Shown: in pieces, positions 44,601 to 56,666 of the stretch
How positions within the stretch are numbered: the stretch's first letter is position 1
Layout of the letters: the number at the start of each line of letters is the position of its first letter
Assembly (NCBI RefSeq): GCF_000981445.1
Contig: NC_027218.1
Coordinates: forward strand, 124,001 to 188,000
Direction: 5' to 3'
Length of the DNA: 64,000 nucleotides
Source of the DNA: Babesia bigemina
Lineage: Eukaryota
Notes under the pieces: model-generated
What the model saw: only the letters and a program-made list of their open reading frames with translations
Database searches by the model: none
What the model was told of the DNA's origin: nothing
Position numbers and translations under genes: made by a program

Positions 44601-45411
44601 TCTTTTCAAGTGACTTTTTAAGAATGGCGCAATGTGGTTTCAATTGTTCCCAATCTATGCAGTTTCCGTACTCGTTGATATACCCATCCAGAGCGTTTTC
44701 TACCTTGTTATCCTTGTCATTGTCCACAATCTCGCAAAATGTTTTGAGCAATGCAAGAGCGTTTGCCGTGTTGGAAGCCTGTGAGCCAGCATTGGTCAAA
44801 GCCGATGTGACAAAGACATCACTAAAGAAATTCGTATGTAACTCTTCCAGTAACTTTGGGAGGTTATCAACCATCTCCCCACCGTAGGTATAGCCACCAT
44901 TTTTACCTTCTTTCAACTCGCCTTTTTCGAATCCACCAGAAATGACACCATACTTAACGAAGGACGTATCAATGAGATATGTATCAATCTTACTGACACC
45001 AGATGTAGACATTGCAACCAATCCAATCGTTTGGTCCGCCCAGTCCCCTCCACCCACCGCAACGAACCTCTTATCCACATGATATTGCAAGAAGTAGACG
45101 ACGGAGAGCAATTTGGGAATGCAAGCGAGTAGCGTAAATAATACCACACTAGGCGTGTTCTCCATATAATTAGTAGGCTGCGCATCTTTGCACAATTTAT
45201 CATAGAAGTGTGACACTTGAAAAAGCAATCGCGACAGTGCGGTTTTTATGTTCTGTGCATCTGAATTCTTAGAATAATATATTCTAAGACGCCGAGCCAA
45301 TTCCTCGGCCACCTGACCTTGCATATGTTCGTCATTTTTCAACCACTCCAGGAACTGGAGACACTGCTTAAGATTGTTAAGCGCAGGAATCTTACTTGTT
45401 ATCTTCGCCAT
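41602..45411 (-). CDS. VESA-related (ves2-like) variant antigen lacking the decapeptide array
   Basis: NLKQCLQFLEWL N-terminus, FPYGFIF, Pro/Gly/Ser low-complexity middle, SDHLPPPQTIREML, RRTPRTTGELVSFF and a C-terminal TM helix. First ATG at 45411. Confidence 0.85.
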   Translation of the reverse strand: MAKITSKIPALNNLKQCLQFLEWLKNDEHMQGQVAEELARRLRIYYSKNSDAQNIKTALSRLLFQVSHFYDKLCKDAQPTNYMENTPSVVLFTLLACIPKLLSVVYFLQYHVDKRFVAVGGGDWADQTIGLVAMSTSGVSKIDTYLIDTSFVKYGVISGGFEKGELKEGKNGGYTYGGEMVDNLPKLLEELHTNFFSDVFVTSALTNAGSQASNTANALALLKTFCEIVDNDKDNKVENALDGYINEYGNCIDWEQLKPHCAILKKSLEKIFNAGILSNTGHSPAVDDLNKEKFAKRMTRWLKENLDRVGSSLKEIKANRYTGAGEYFNKHFFPYGFIFDERNLGTESNGSENLDQKWKGVIGMLGGYGGELDALVHILKGRKCDQTHGHHTSPQEADAEDQYDDVVELVEDGTLVDAASSGSPNQNNGQSEQKPEISQAPLGSDTPPEDGKGQGPSGSGDGGKSLQVSDPPAQQLVQPPAAAHTSSTSTPSPGHPSPGGHGPGGGTGAPGSNGDPGQLGPTGPVASASSHLPDAQGIQPPPPTLQSSAMSTPTPPASPAVSPKLPAQAAVLGAGSDSASLGTQNTVSPQAVRNQAAKVSTPRSAASGSLAPGSGRGQHLPELEVEVLKPKLIHSRGVYKPSADALFNYDIEKSRYGKGITPPKYPLTGPQTFGKPHSQSDLAYNRDKLREASGLSNALGLHDADVPFERFDFHESPNEGITSEAYIPQCREPWFVEPSSLTTISATRSPPPPSDHLPPPQTIREMLYWLVGLTQYSYIYIIEKHVKSILNEQNNDVLYPSQHSDAVEVIGDPSTLDASHVTAKVTEACHYAAVVIYRIEDKGISNAMSIPEFNAEYRNYYYSLDPAGLLCQLRDYVYACHHQLEFLKSQCSRDKSHGGWVTCQYGQSVSADSPLQAFLTDASNYNTYFYNPCDVCLKSRIRMGFRKGYFGKSPKDASYLYYLLSPTCSVDDDPLLTLSAYLNCLTRRTPRTTGELVSFFHHFGNELYLSHSKGPSNLGTALSTPHPNCPDWDHLGRHDLHAVRGIRGTDAFNTIHDNAHPRTLSTLVGCSGDRANCPQHCSPITYRAYSLYSPTFAHTYLIWAVYLPDRLWESLKKLRYDLEGHGNTKCASLHSCPYAMPLLYLHGFTPPEGTPQTSLKCSDVISKLEKIVNGQPIASLMTRMDDFLYKVRMPFIYTLIALWSAAALLLSYTILYRLDILYLCSHAIRSKASHLIDVKALLTNSRKMLSLYDADYFDDDPNDLIDQLK

Positions 45412-46605
45412 CTCGTCCACTTCCAATCATCCACCAATCCACGCTCACAAACCAACAGGGACAACTCCCATACCACGTCAGCTGGAAGCGACTAAACTTG
45501 TCAAATCTCTACCCTGACCACTCACTACGCCCACTCATTGACAGTATAGCCAGACGGCAAAGTGGGATGAGCAAAAATGCTGCAATCAGCATCGTCAAAC
45601 TTAAACCAACCACTACAAATGCCGTAAACGAAGACATTTATTTGTCTAGTCAACCCTCAAATATAAGTGGACGAGCAGCGACTTCTGACAAACATCCCAC
45701 CTACCCGGAGTGAGGCAGGCAGCCAATCCAGGTTTTCAGAACAACAGGAGTAAAATCGGCGTAGCAGCACGTACAACTTACGATAGCAGAAACCATATCT
45801 CGATGCAGGATCGAAGAAGGGGTAAGTCCCCTAACCTTTTATCCCGACCCCGCCAAGCACCCTCTCCTCGGTGTTCTGTCACCTTTCGGTCGGCCGACAA
45901 AAAACGTACCGGCAGTGACACGACATACGCGCGCCTGGCACCACAGAAGAAACGCTTTCATAAGAATAATTAAAATTTTATTTTAGTCCCAGTGTATTCG
46001 GTCAACTACTATTAGAGTTGCCCGGCCACAACTCCACCCACCGTAAGCCACATCACCCAACCACGTGCCACCATGGGCTTGACGAAGGTGCGACATAAAC
46101 TGTTTAAGTGATGTACAGTACGGCATTGCTATCTTACTCACTGCCACGAGACCGCCTGTGATGCCAGGCGGATATATCATTTCTAGGACGTGACGTCGAA
46201 AAATGCCATGTCACCTAGCATAGAGCATTCTGAAATCTTAACACAATCCGCATCATCACAAACATTATAGCCATCTACTTAATGTCGTACTCACATCCTC
46301 GGCTGGAGCACTCATTAACTGGCTACACGGATGGCCACTCACTCAGCTTCGTTCCACTGACAAAGTGAAGTGAAGCAGCCATTTCTCACAATCAATGCTG
46401 AATAAATAAGCGACTAACACTGTAATGCATCAACTACACTCTCTGCCAAATCGCTGATTAGGTATTACGCTAGACATTAGGTTAGACGGTGGGTTGTTAG
46501 TTAGGTGGCTGGGTGAGCTAGGCAGTGGCATATTTATAGTCGTGAGTACCATCAACGTGGTGAATGGCGTTAAGGCGGCAATGACGATCACACGTGGAAG
46601 TGCGA

Positions 46606-49600
46606 TTAGGCTTGCAAGTACGATATCTTGCTGAGCTTGCCGACACGTGCAGCGGCGAGTAGCGACTGCGCGGCTATCTTGTGACTTGAAAGTGATCTCA
46701 GGTGGGAGCGGATGTGTAGCGTGTCAAGGCGTCCGATCAAGACGTAGAACAGGTAGAGGAGCGATAGTGACCATAGGGCGAGGACAAGGTAGGAGAATGG
46801 TTCCCTAATTTTCCAAAGGAATTCGGGGATGTGGACGTAAATGAGTTTTGGCAGCGGCGCACCGTCCGATATATTTTTGCTGATAACTTTTTCTAAGGTT
46901 CTGCAGAAATCTCCACATGTACGCTTTGTTTCAACACTATCTCTGCCGCTGAGGTTCGTTAAGCTGTTTAATACGAATCCGTAATTGTACAATGTGGGAC
47001 GTGTGAAGGCACACTGAGCAATGGATTTGCAGTCCTTTGTGTGATGTTTACCTTCGACTTTCTTCGAAGGGTTGTCAGACTCATAAGCGCTTTTGACTTC
47101 ACATGATGCAGAGCATATCCTTCCGTGGCACTTGGTACCCGGCGAATTACAGTTATTACAACAATTTTTATACAACTTGTCGAGCAGGTCATAAAACGTT
47201 TCGGTGAGATATACGATCCAGGAAAGGTAACGGTTGGCGTTTTTGTTCGAGAACACGAGCCACGTGTTTAAACCAAACGGCTTCATATACCTGCCGCATG
47301 TGATTTCAGACTTCCCTTCACAATCGCAGCTGTAGAGACTGTACAAGTCACCGGTACCATGGGTTTTGTGCGCATGATTGCTAGTTAACCAAATTGAAGA
47401 AACGTTCAACTGCGGGTACGAAACACCGAAGTATGCTCCAGCAACAGCCTTGTCAAACGCATCCTTTTTGTGTTCTTTTGAATTCTTTCCCCATTCATTA
47501 AGGTAACAGAAGTAAAACGAGAACATATCACCGAGAGTCTGCGGAGGCTTCTGCAAAAGACAGATAAATACACCGCACAATTTCGTAAGTGGGCTATCCT
47601 GTTGGCCACAGAACGCTCCAAGAACCTTCATAATACGTTCACCTTTGGATGTACGCGAAGCCGTGACACTGATGTCAGCGAATCCCATGGGCGTTTTGCA
47701 TGGAATACCTCTGTGATTGGACACTGTGCATTCCAGTTTGCATCCAGGTTTGCTGAAGGAGTGAGGCAAGAAGCCTGGCAAACCATCTTCGAGGAATGAC
47801 TGCAATGGCGATTTTAGGCCGCATTTAGGATGCTGGTCGCACTTTTGGTCAGCATTTTGGTTGGCAATTTGGGGGCACGTTTGACCACCCATTTGGTTGG
47901 GACATTGCTTTTCATTGCACCTCCAATCTGATCCGCCAACGTACCTACCATACCAGCAGTCGCGCCAACTAATATCATCTGATTCACGGTAACACTGGAC
48001 ATATACAAAATAAAGTTGATCATAGAGTCTATTCAAAACATCAACGAGCGTGTCGAAGCAGGCACTGGAGCTACTCGGATAATCTAATCCATCAGCATTC
48101 GTGCTGAACTCACAGGCGTACCGCCCGTCTGCGTGACCATGGCCAAGTATGCAGATCAATACACGTCTGGCAAAGGCACATACTTCCGCAAGCGTCGGTT
48201 TCAGATTGTTGTATTTAATGTCTATAGTGGCAGGCAGATTGAGTTCATCGTCTGGGATTTTATCATACGGCGTCTCCTTATATTTCCCAGGTTTAGGGAT
48301 GACTTGCTTAAAGTATTTGCATAAGGGGCCATAGACGGAATTATGTGAAAGCCCAGAGAGCCAGTGCAGCATCTGGTTAACATTTGTCGGCGCCTTAGGT
48401 GAACCGATGTGCCTCAGGTGGCATACACGAGTGTAGTCGTCTACTCTATCATTCAAGTAACGAAGCAGTAAGTAAATTGGGACGGTGCCTGTTTTATTGA
48501 CTCCAAGTAGCGCATTGCTGTTGGAGATTGTTACTTCTTTCTCACACAACTCTCTAATTTTATCCCCGGTCATCGCTGCGTCTTTATTCCGCAACTCACC
48601 GTCCTGCTTATTCCTACCGGTAACCACATTGTATCCTCGGCTGTAAAACAAAAAACCAAGTCTCTTTCCTTCATCTAAGTTAATTTGATTACTACTGTTG
48701 TTTTTACATGCTTTGATCAACTTCCACCATGAATCATTCACCATCTCCAGTATCGTCAGACACACCTTGGCGCAGTTGCGGCCCTCAGGGGTTAAATCGT
48801 AATGAGGGGGTTGGGTGGTAGCAAGTTGATTTTCGGCAGGCTTTTGATTCTTAGATGAAGGTTTAACTTCAAGCAATTTACCCATCTTCACCCCCGAGTA
48901 CCTGTTCACGTACGCGTGGCCGAGTTGCGCGGTGAAGTTAAGGAGGCCGACTTTTAGGGGGTAAAGGACATATTTAGGGGCGTCATTTAAGGTTTCTGCT
49001 GAAAATGATGTCAGCGCATCGTCCAACGTTTTAAGTTTATCCGTGACGACATAATCGAAATGTTGGTTTTTATATATTTCTCGCAGGAGAGAATCCAAAG
49101 AACTCGCAAAATTTGAAACATCAATTTCTAAACGCATAACTTCTTCCTGCATTAGTAATACACTCATAAATTGTGTAAATGCGTTTTGTACAATTATCGC
49201 GGTATTTCTTGCTTTTGAGCCCGATGTTGTCGGAATGCTTTTAATCTCATAAGCTTTGGGAATAAATGTTTTTTTTATTTTACGCAAGAACCCGTTGACA
49301 CCATTTGCCAAGTCATCTTTTATTAAATTTTCAACATCCCTGAGTTGTTTTTCAATAATATCTTCCAACGCTTCCACTTCAGTTTTCTTCCTTTCACTGT
49401 AGAGGTCTTTGGCCTTATCCTGCAATTCCGTGAACGCTCTTTCAATCTTACTGTTTACTTCTTTGCATAGAGTTTCCATGACCCTTTCGGCTTCGTTTGG
49501 CGCCATTATAAGCAGCGCTTCGGCTTCTCCGATGCAAGAGGTTAACTCTTTACCAACATCATCGACTTTCTCCATCACGTCCGCAATGCTTCGGCCAAGT

Positions 49601-51747
49601 TCCGTAACCTGGTCTCTAACATAGTTCAATTCTGCGAAAACGGTACGCTTAGCATCTTTTTTCGTGTCACGAGTGTTGCCAACAGTATTACTCAGGAAGC
49701 TGTCAATTGCTTTGTTAAGATCATCTGCTTGCTGTTGAAGATCCGATAATGACCCTGAAGTAGTGGTTTCTTCGTCCATAGTTTGAAGCTCCGTAAGCTT
49801 TCGTTTGATTTCGTTCAAATGGTTGGTAATTATTCCATCTACCGCCCCCTGAAGCTTATTTATTCCGGTGCGGACGGCATTAGTAATGAGTTTGAAAATT
49901 TGGGGGTCGTTGACTCCGGCGATTACCTTGCCTTTAAGGGCGGTTTTCATTGCATTCCCAACTATCATAGAAAAGTTTCCCCATTCCCCATTTATTACCT
50001 TTTTGGCATCGTTGAGATACTTTAGCACAGTTTCTATGTTATAGCCCAAACCACCATTGTTTTTGTCTGCGACTGCACTCTCCAACAAACTTCCCAAATA
50101 CCCTAACTTTTCTTTCAACTCTTTATCGCCTTCCAAAGCTTCAAGACCTGGAACATGGCCAGGAGTCAATGTCACAGCCATATCTACACCCTTATATAAC
50201 GCCTTTCCGAAATTATCTACGTACAAGTCAATGTTATTTTCAATTTGCTTTGTTACCTGTACGATGAACGTATTCATATCCCATTCACCACCACCCTGAA
50301 AACCAACCAACTCCTCCGGAATTCTAACCTTCGTATACAGATTATTAACTTCATTTAACTTATCACCCATAAGCTTAATCTGTGCCTTAAGAACGGCTTT
50401 CTCTGCTGCAACTTTATCTTTAAGCTTAAGTGCACGGCTTACAATAGGGGTCAACCCATCTACTACATCTTTTCCATACGTAGATATGAAATGATCGATC
50501 GCATAATTTGCGGCATTTAGAGAGGAATGAAGCCCAGAATTTACCGACTTTAGCAAATTGCTAAATTGCTCAGATTTCAGCTTCCCCAGTTTACTTTGCA
50601 AATTACGAATGTACAGTATCAAACTCTGCTGAAGATTCTTGATACGCTGTTTCGCCTTTGATCCGGCATAACTCATAACTGCAAACATTTGCTCATCTGC
50701 CAATTTGAACATATTGTTAAGATCCTCATTCCTCACCGACTTCAAAAAATTCTCAGTCGCCTGCTTCAACAAACTTATTTTTGGAGACAATTTTGCTTTA
50801 AGATTTCCAGCAATGTCCTTCAATGCTTTTTCCGATCTACCTACCTTGGCAATGTACTGCCCGGCACGCTTTTTCCACTCGGATATCTGGTATGCAATAT
50901 CATGTTCCTTATCGTAATCAATTAAATTCCTATCCACTAAGACGTCATTTTTGAGGTTTTTAAGTGGTTTCATAAATGCGTCAGTCTTCTTCTTGATTTC
51001 CTTTTCAAACCTCCCAATCCACGTATCCACCTCTTTAATGCACTCGCCAAATTCTGCAACCCCCTGACCTATGGATCTTTCAATCCTTTCAAGGACATTA
51101 CTCAACCTGTAACCTTCATTAAGCTTCTCATCATAAGTTGTCACTGCATCATATGTTTTAACACTCTCCAACACCCCGTGCAAAAACGCCATCACTGCAT
51201 CACACAGCCTGTCCAGGTCAGAGTACACAATACCACTGCCATCGTAGCCTTTGGAAGTTGGATTGAAGCCTAGGAATTTTTGGAGACCAGTGCAGAGGTT
51301 CTCAAAAAGATCTTTACATTGGTTTCCATTAGTTAATCCAATGAGACTTTTATTAAGCCCATCAAGCTGCTCCAACTTGCACTCAATTTCATCATAAGCT
51401 TTCTGTTGCGAATCTTCGAGGTGACTTTTATAGCAATTTTTAATGCCTTCACATTGCGATTTAAGGTTTTCAAAAGTGTTGGGGGTAAGGTTTTTTGAAT
51501 CTTTAAGCTTCTCAATTGCAGCCACTTTGTCCTTACAACAGTTGTAAGATTTGGCAGAATTGAGAAGTTTGAGAAGTGCATCGAAATTAGTGGTATACGC
51601 CTTCTCAATAGCCTCATCAATAAACTTTTTCAACGCTTTGGCCAACTCACCAAGCCCATTGTCATTCCCATGCCTCACCTGGAGGAGCCAGTCGATGGCC
51701 TCCCGGAGGTTTTCCGGACAATCCGTAAGCTTCTTAGGCGCCGTCAT
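46606..51747 (-). CDS. VESA1-like variant erythrocyte surface antigen, intronless
   Basis: KKLTDCPENLREAIDWL, GYDGSGIVYSDLDRLCD, long helical middle, KSPLQSFLEDGLPGF, YLSWIVYL, TM helix, LDTLHIRSHLR...AQSLLAAARV tail. Confidence 0.9.
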   Translation of the reverse strand: MTAPKKLTDCPENLREAIDWLLQVRHGNDNGLGELAKALKKFIDEAIEKAYTTNFDALLKLLNSAKSYNCCKDKVAAIEKLKDSKNLTPNTFENLKSQCEGIKNCYKSHLEDSQQKAYDEIECKLEQLDGLNKSLIGLTNGNQCKDLFENLCTGLQKFLGFNPTSKGYDGSGIVYSDLDRLCDAVMAFLHGVLESVKTYDAVTTYDEKLNEGYRLSNVLERIERSIGQGVAEFGECIKEVDTWIGRFEKEIKKKTDAFMKPLKNLKNDVLVDRNLIDYDKEHDIAYQISEWKKRAGQYIAKVGRSEKALKDIAGNLKAKLSPKISLLKQATENFLKSVRNEDLNNMFKLADEQMFAVMSYAGSKAKQRIKNLQQSLILYIRNLQSKLGKLKSEQFSNLLKSVNSGLHSSLNAANYAIDHFISTYGKDVVDGLTPIVSRALKLKDKVAAEKAVLKAQIKLMGDKLNEVNNLYTKVRIPEELVGFQGGGEWDMNTFIVQVTKQIENNIDLYVDNFGKALYKGVDMAVTLTPGHVPGLEALEGDKELKEKLGYLGSLLESAVADKNNGGLGYNIETVLKYLNDAKKVINGEWGNFSMIVGNAMKTALKGKVIAGVNDPQIFKLITNAVRTGINKLQGAVDGIITNHLNEIKRKLTELQTMDEETTTSGSLSDLQQQADDLNKAIDSFLSNTVGNTRDTKKDAKRTVFAELNYVRDQVTELGRSIADVMEKVDDVGKELTSCIGEAEALLIMAPNEAERVMETLCKEVNSKIERAFTELQDKAKDLYSERKKTEVEALEDIIEKQLRDVENLIKDDLANGVNGFLRKIKKTFIPKAYEIKSIPTTSGSKARNTAIIVQNAFTQFMSVLLMQEEVMRLEIDVSNFASSLDSLLREIYKNQHFDYVVTDKLKTLDDALTSFSAETLNDAPKYVLYPLKVGLLNFTAQLGHAYVNRYSGVKMGKLLEVKPSSKNQKPAENQLATTQPPHYDLTPEGRNCAKVCLTILEMVNDSWWKLIKACKNNSSNQINLDEGKRLGFLFYSRGYNVVTGRNKQDGELRNKDAAMTGDKIRELCEKEVTISNSNALLGVNKTGTVPIYLLLRYLNDRVDDYTRVCHLRHIGSPKAPTNVNQMLHWLSGLSHNSVYGPLCKYFKQVIPKPGKYKETPYDKIPDDELNLPATIDIKYNNLKPTLAEVCAFARRVLICILGHGHADGRYACEFSTNADGLDYPSSSSACFDTLVDVLNRLYDQLYFVYVQCYRESDDISWRDCWYGRYVGGSDWRCNEKQCPNQMGGQTCPQIANQNADQKCDQHPKCGLKSPLQSFLEDGLPGFLPHSFSKPGCKLECTVSNHRGIPCKTPMGFADISVTASRTSKGERIMKVLGAFCGQQDSPLTKLCGVFICLLQKPPQTLGDMFSFYFCYLNEWGKNSKEHKKDAFDKAVAGAYFGVSYPQLNVSSIWLTSNHAHKTHGTGDLYSLYSCDCEGKSEITCGRYMKPFGLNTWLVFSNKNANRYLSWIVYLTETFYDLLDKLYKNCCNNCNSPGTKCHGRICSASCEVKSAYESDNPSKKVEGKHHTKDCKSIAQCAFTRPTLYNYGFVLNSLTNLSGRDSVETKRTCGDFCRTLEKVISKNISDGAPLPKLIYVHIPEFLWKIREPFSYLVLALWSLSLLYLFYVLIGRLDTLHIRSHLRSLSSHKIAAQSLLAAARVGKLSKISYLQA

Positions 51748-53837
51748 TTAGAAGCGACAGACAAACGTGTGGTTGATCGTATGGACTTACATATGCAATC
51801 CGAGGCTGCAGACCTCGACTCCTGCGAAAATGCGATTAGCGCCAGACCCTCGGCATACAATGTTTCAATGCCACCAACTACATTAGCTGCACTCGTGCCA
51901 GATGACGGATGTATTTCTATATCACGACAAAATTGGCATCCGCCCCGCTCACCGATTCCCAGCCTTCAGCGTCTAGACAACCCAGAATCGCAATCCACCT
52001 TAGGTCTGGGCTGAAGCTTCTCAACTACATTCAAGTGCTTAGAGGCACAGAGGAATAGCTGCGACCTACGAAATACTGGAGCTAATATTCACGTCGAATC
52101 ATCTCCAGATCTCATAAAATTACTGGTAGACCCCATTACTTCCAGAGTACACTAATCTGACAAAGTGCATCTTCCCGACACTCTAAGGGTGGTATAAGTT
52201 GGGGAGAATGTAGATAACCACCTTGTGCATATTAATAGCAGGCGTGTTAACGAAAATACCACTCCCCCATTCCGCTATCACAAGTAGTGGAGCCGATGCG
52301 TGATGGATGAAGGCGCAATATAAACATGGAGTGCACCAAATCTAACTCTGAGTATGACCGAAGACTAGTGCGGACGATAAGCAATTGTATGAGTTAAGAG
52401 TAGTAAGGTGTGGCGGATTACCATGGTAACGATGGAGATCATAAGCGAAGACAGAGGGGACAAGACCGCCTAGTGAAGATAATATACTCATCCAAGATCG
52501 TCGGAAGAGCAGAAGCATCGCCTCGATACCCGGATCGCCAGCCAAGCAAACTTGGCAGACGGGCATGTCCAAGATAAGTAAGCATGAGGATTCGGTGGAG
52601 TAGCTCCACGGAAGAGCACATTTAACTAGAATGCGGAGTCTGATGTTACTACACGTGCTTAGTGACATGACACCCAGGGAATAATAGCATTCTGTTAATG
52701 CAACTCGTGCCCAGACAGGACGGATGGCACGAGCCACCATCGTAACAACACGACATGAAACCCGCAACTAACATCCGAAGCTTAAGCCGATGTCTCCTCA
52801 ACTCTGAAAGCAACTCATGCGAGACGCGGCTTCACATCATACCATTCAACTATAAAACAAAGCTCAACAATAATGGCCCTCGTTCACCTTGCCCATCATT
52901 CGCTTCAGCCCACTTTCCATCTCTATCCCTGTACGTCCGTCTACACTCCAGATATGGTCAGCACGGTCCCTCAACGCTGCTTTCCTTTGCTCACTTAATA
53001 CCCCTAGCACGGTGCCCTACAGCTCATTGATTGCATCACACTACCTCCTACGATTGTTTGTCTGGACATGGCACAGCAACTTTTTAAAAAAACGCGTCCA
53101 ATAACCATCATTTAAGTGTCTCAAAGCCGTGTTACTTGCCAGGTGAACAGCGTCCTCGCCGTCGTTCGTGAGACTTCATAACGGCATCCCAGGTCAGACA
53201 GCTGCCTGCCACGGTAATGAGGACTGTTACCTAGCACGTGCATAATACACCGTGAGCGGGCGTGACTCACGCTATGAATTGGCGAGGTAAGGATGGTCTC
53301 GTAGACATACAACAGGGCTGTTGTCGTAGTCTGTTTACAAGAACAAGGTGATGTGTGTGTCGACGGACTGGGTGCAGGGGGCGATAAAAATAAAATGGAA
53401 ATTTGCACCAACGTAGACGCACATTGCATACACGTTAATATAACACGTACAGCGGCGAACAGTAGCGTGATGTCATGGGTTTTGCCGTGTCTATAGGACT
53501 CTACGTGGGCTGGGTGCGGGTAAGAATGATAAGGTACAAAACAAGGCCGACCGAACAACTGTAGAGACGCTTGTCGCACCTTGACATACGTTGATCGTGT
53601 CAAAGCATGTAGGCCACCCATGAACGCGGTGAGCAAAAGAACGGCTATGACGGCGCCATTTGGTACATCGGCAATAGGCACGTAACCTTAGGCCCCTACT
53701 GCCTCAAACGCAAGCACCTTTAGTACGGATAACGCAGAGACAAGATAGCATTATCGTGTGTTGCTACTACTTTTATGTGCCATAACTATTGCGTTGTAAT
53801 AAATCACAGCTGTTGCGGTATTACAACTCCACGTGCT

Positions 53838-54725
53838 CTACGACAATCCAGCGTATGCCCTTGGACGGAAGGCGGGGTAGCGGTCAATGTTCATCTCCTC
53901 GGGAATTTCGTCACCGACGAGATTAGTCAGGGATCTGCCGGGATGGCCAGGCGAGCTGGAAAATGCAGCGCGTATTTTAGTCGTCATCCGGTGGAATGTC
54001 TCGGGAAACATACCCCACATGACAATAAAGCATGATAAAATGATCAAACCGATGATTAGAACACCTAGCCATATTCTGCACCAGTCTTGTGAACATAGTG
54101 TGCCACAGTATGTGCATTTGAGGACGCAATTGCCGTTCTCGTCTCGTTTTCCACGTGCCCACTTGCAATCGTTCTCGTTACAGGCATATGGATGGGAGTC
54201 CATGCATTTGTCGCCGTATTTTTTGCGTTCCCATACAGGATTGCCGTCATGGTATTTGACGTGGCCTTCACACTTGTCGTAGCCTTTGTCTTTGCATCTG
54301 CCAATTACGTAGCCGTCGCATGGCCCTCCAGAACAATTGGTTGAATCACACCAACTACAGCAGCTACAAATTACGCCGTTACATCGCGGTCCGCAGCAGC
54401 ATTGATAACATTTACATGGCCCACCTTCTGTACACCTATTTTCGCACCGCTTGCAACTGTTGGTTGATTCTTTTCCTTTACATTCGCCATTTTTCTTGTC
54501 CCCATAACAATCAGTCGGACAGCCACAGCAAGTAATATAACACTTACATGATTCATTTGCCTCGCATTTTACTTTGCACCCCTCACATCCGGGACTACAG
54601 CACGACTTGCACGTTTTACATTCGGCATATGGGCATGGACCATCGGCAACCTGACCACATGTAATATTAAGGCAGTTGCAATCGTTCCCCTCAACCCTCA
54701 TCTCCTTCGTCTTCGCCGCCGCCAT
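53838..54725 (-). CDS. Long Cys/Lys-rich single-TM protein with intact tail
   Basis: Paralog of 7100..7834 (CYQCxCGxxCNGxxCxCC, CDGYVxGxC, NGNCxxKCxxCGxLCSQD). TM helix, tail NLVGDEIPEE...RAYAGLS*. Confidence 0.8.
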   Translation of the reverse strand: MAAAKTKEMRVEGNDCNCLNITCGQVADGPCPYAECKTCKSCCSPGCEGCKVKCEANESCKCYITCCGCPTDCYGDKKNGECKGKESTNSCKRCENRCTEGGPCKCYQCCCGPRCNGVICSCCSWCDSTNCSGGPCDGYVIGRCKDKGYDKCEGHVKYHDGNPVWERKKYGDKCMDSHPYACNENDCKWARGKRDENGNCVLKCTYCGTLCSQDWCRIWLGVLIIGLIILSCFIVMWGMFPETFHRMTTKIRAAFSSSPGHPGRSLTNLVGDEIPEEMNIDRYPAFRPRAYAGLS

Positions 54726-56666
54726 CCTCCACGCTGTCTTGACTCACACGCCGCCCACGGCAACAGACTATATATTTCAAAGTTCCGCCATATTTGCAAA
54801 AACAGTGCAACACAGAGCTTATGTCCTCCCATGCGTAGCGTTGTGCATCCAGCTGCGCATGCAATCTTGAACCGCAGTCCCAGCGAAGTGATACCAGGAG
54901 CATCCGTATCCACTACATGTGTTGACGAGGCGACTTAACAGCATGACGGCATACGCATTACATTTAACTGATTATGGCCCACTAACTAGGTAACAACATC
55001 ACCTAAGTCACGCTACACCATCTTACTACCGCTTCCGCTGTGGTACAAACATGGTAGCATCTGGCATTGCATCTGTCCGTGAGAGAATCTAGACCCTTAA
55101 GTTCCCTATGCCATTTCCAGACATATGGCCTACATGAGCTCGTTTCCTTGGGTTTTTATAGTTATGCTTTTTCTAAGCCAAACGTGTCGGGTGATGGCAG
55201 CGTTCGTTAGTACCAATTTAATAACTGCGCTGGATGATAGCAGCGCAAGCCTTCTTTGCTGTAGTAGTTGCTACGTGACTATGAAGCCTACAATGATGCA
55301 CAGTTGGTAACGCATATTTATTGCCTGGTTCACCGTTACCCACTTATTCCGTAGTCATTGATCTTTAACCAGTACGTTAACCGTTAACACTCACCGACGA
55401 TATGTGTGCTTGCACGGTTCCGACCTTAACCTTGCATCATATATGATTATGTGGATTGATTACGAGGATCCGGAAGCTAACGGTTAGAGTGTTTCTCAAA
55501 CCAAACAACGCTCTTTCACCCATTAATTGATACGCTTCTGGACCTCCACTGCTCATCTGGTCTACGCTGGTTGCAATACGTAGGTGATGTGAGGCGACAT
55601 GATTGAGTCATTACCCCGCAAAAAATAACAGCCGTTTTGCTGACTCCCAACCGCATCGTTATGCATCCTTGCTGACGGCAATGTATCTTCCTGTAGAACA
55701 CCATCAAGCGTAGTACGTTAACGGTCTTCACTTGTATACAAGTCCTGTGATATGGTCGCCGGAAACTCGCAGTAGGGATGCCGGCAATTGTAATAGTAGT
55801 CAGAAGACCGGACAATCGAATGCTGGGCTATAATCGTACTATCACGTCTTCTCTAATAGGCTTAGCAATATAACTTTCCAGTCTGTTGCGAATACATGTC
55901 AATATTTAAACAGATATGTTCCGCTTCCTTCCAGTTTCCACAAACCCCGTACTATGGGTGTACACTATACTGTACTTCCGCCACCTCTAGCATTTACCTG
56001 ATACATACAATTAGCTACCTGGCACGTAGTGCAACACCTGAGTTAACACGTTTTTTAGTTGCTACGTTTTGAATACCACAGGCCTCATGTCACGTTGATT
56101 TCGAAGTAAACTAGGGCGACTGAACTTTCTTCCACGTCAGACCATTAGAAGCGTTATCGGAATCGGACTATCGATTAATCATATAGGTAAACGACCTGAA
56201 TGCTAATATATGGTCGGTGGACTTTAAGACACGTAGTTGCGTGCTTATGGGCTCAACGCCGTGAGATAGTTTGACGTAACAAGCACAGTTGTGAATTATA
56301 CGTGGCCTCAACACTGAATACCGTCCTAATGCCTAACATCTCAATGACGGCCGGAATAGTTCTTTAGCGTACGGCAATACACGAATAGGGGGCACATTGT
56401 AGCCCTTGTAAAGGTGGAGTGCCTATGCCGCGTTGAGGTCAGACTTCTTAGCTCTCATCGTTGATCATACATTGATATATACGATATTGTCCTACATGCG
56501 CCCACTTTCATGGCATCTGTGATGCACTGCATGCGCATTGTGGTAATGTGGAGGTTTTATGAGTTTTCCGGAGAGCTAATCGCGAAACGCTTGATGGTCT
56601 CACTCTTTCGGGTTCAGGGAAGTCTTTCATCGGTGCGCAGGTTGATGACAAGTGGGCGGCGGAAAA

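Noticed and set aside
46606..51747. Possible bacterial Ebh-like adhesin or horizontal transfer
   Set aside because: Any resemblance would come from the generic helical middle. Both termini are clearly VESA1-type.
52342..53681. ORFs of 60-186 aa between the VESA1-like and Cys-rich genes, and weak similarity to 15280-15490
   Set aside because: No recognisable motifs, and the matches are too short to distinguish from chance by eye.
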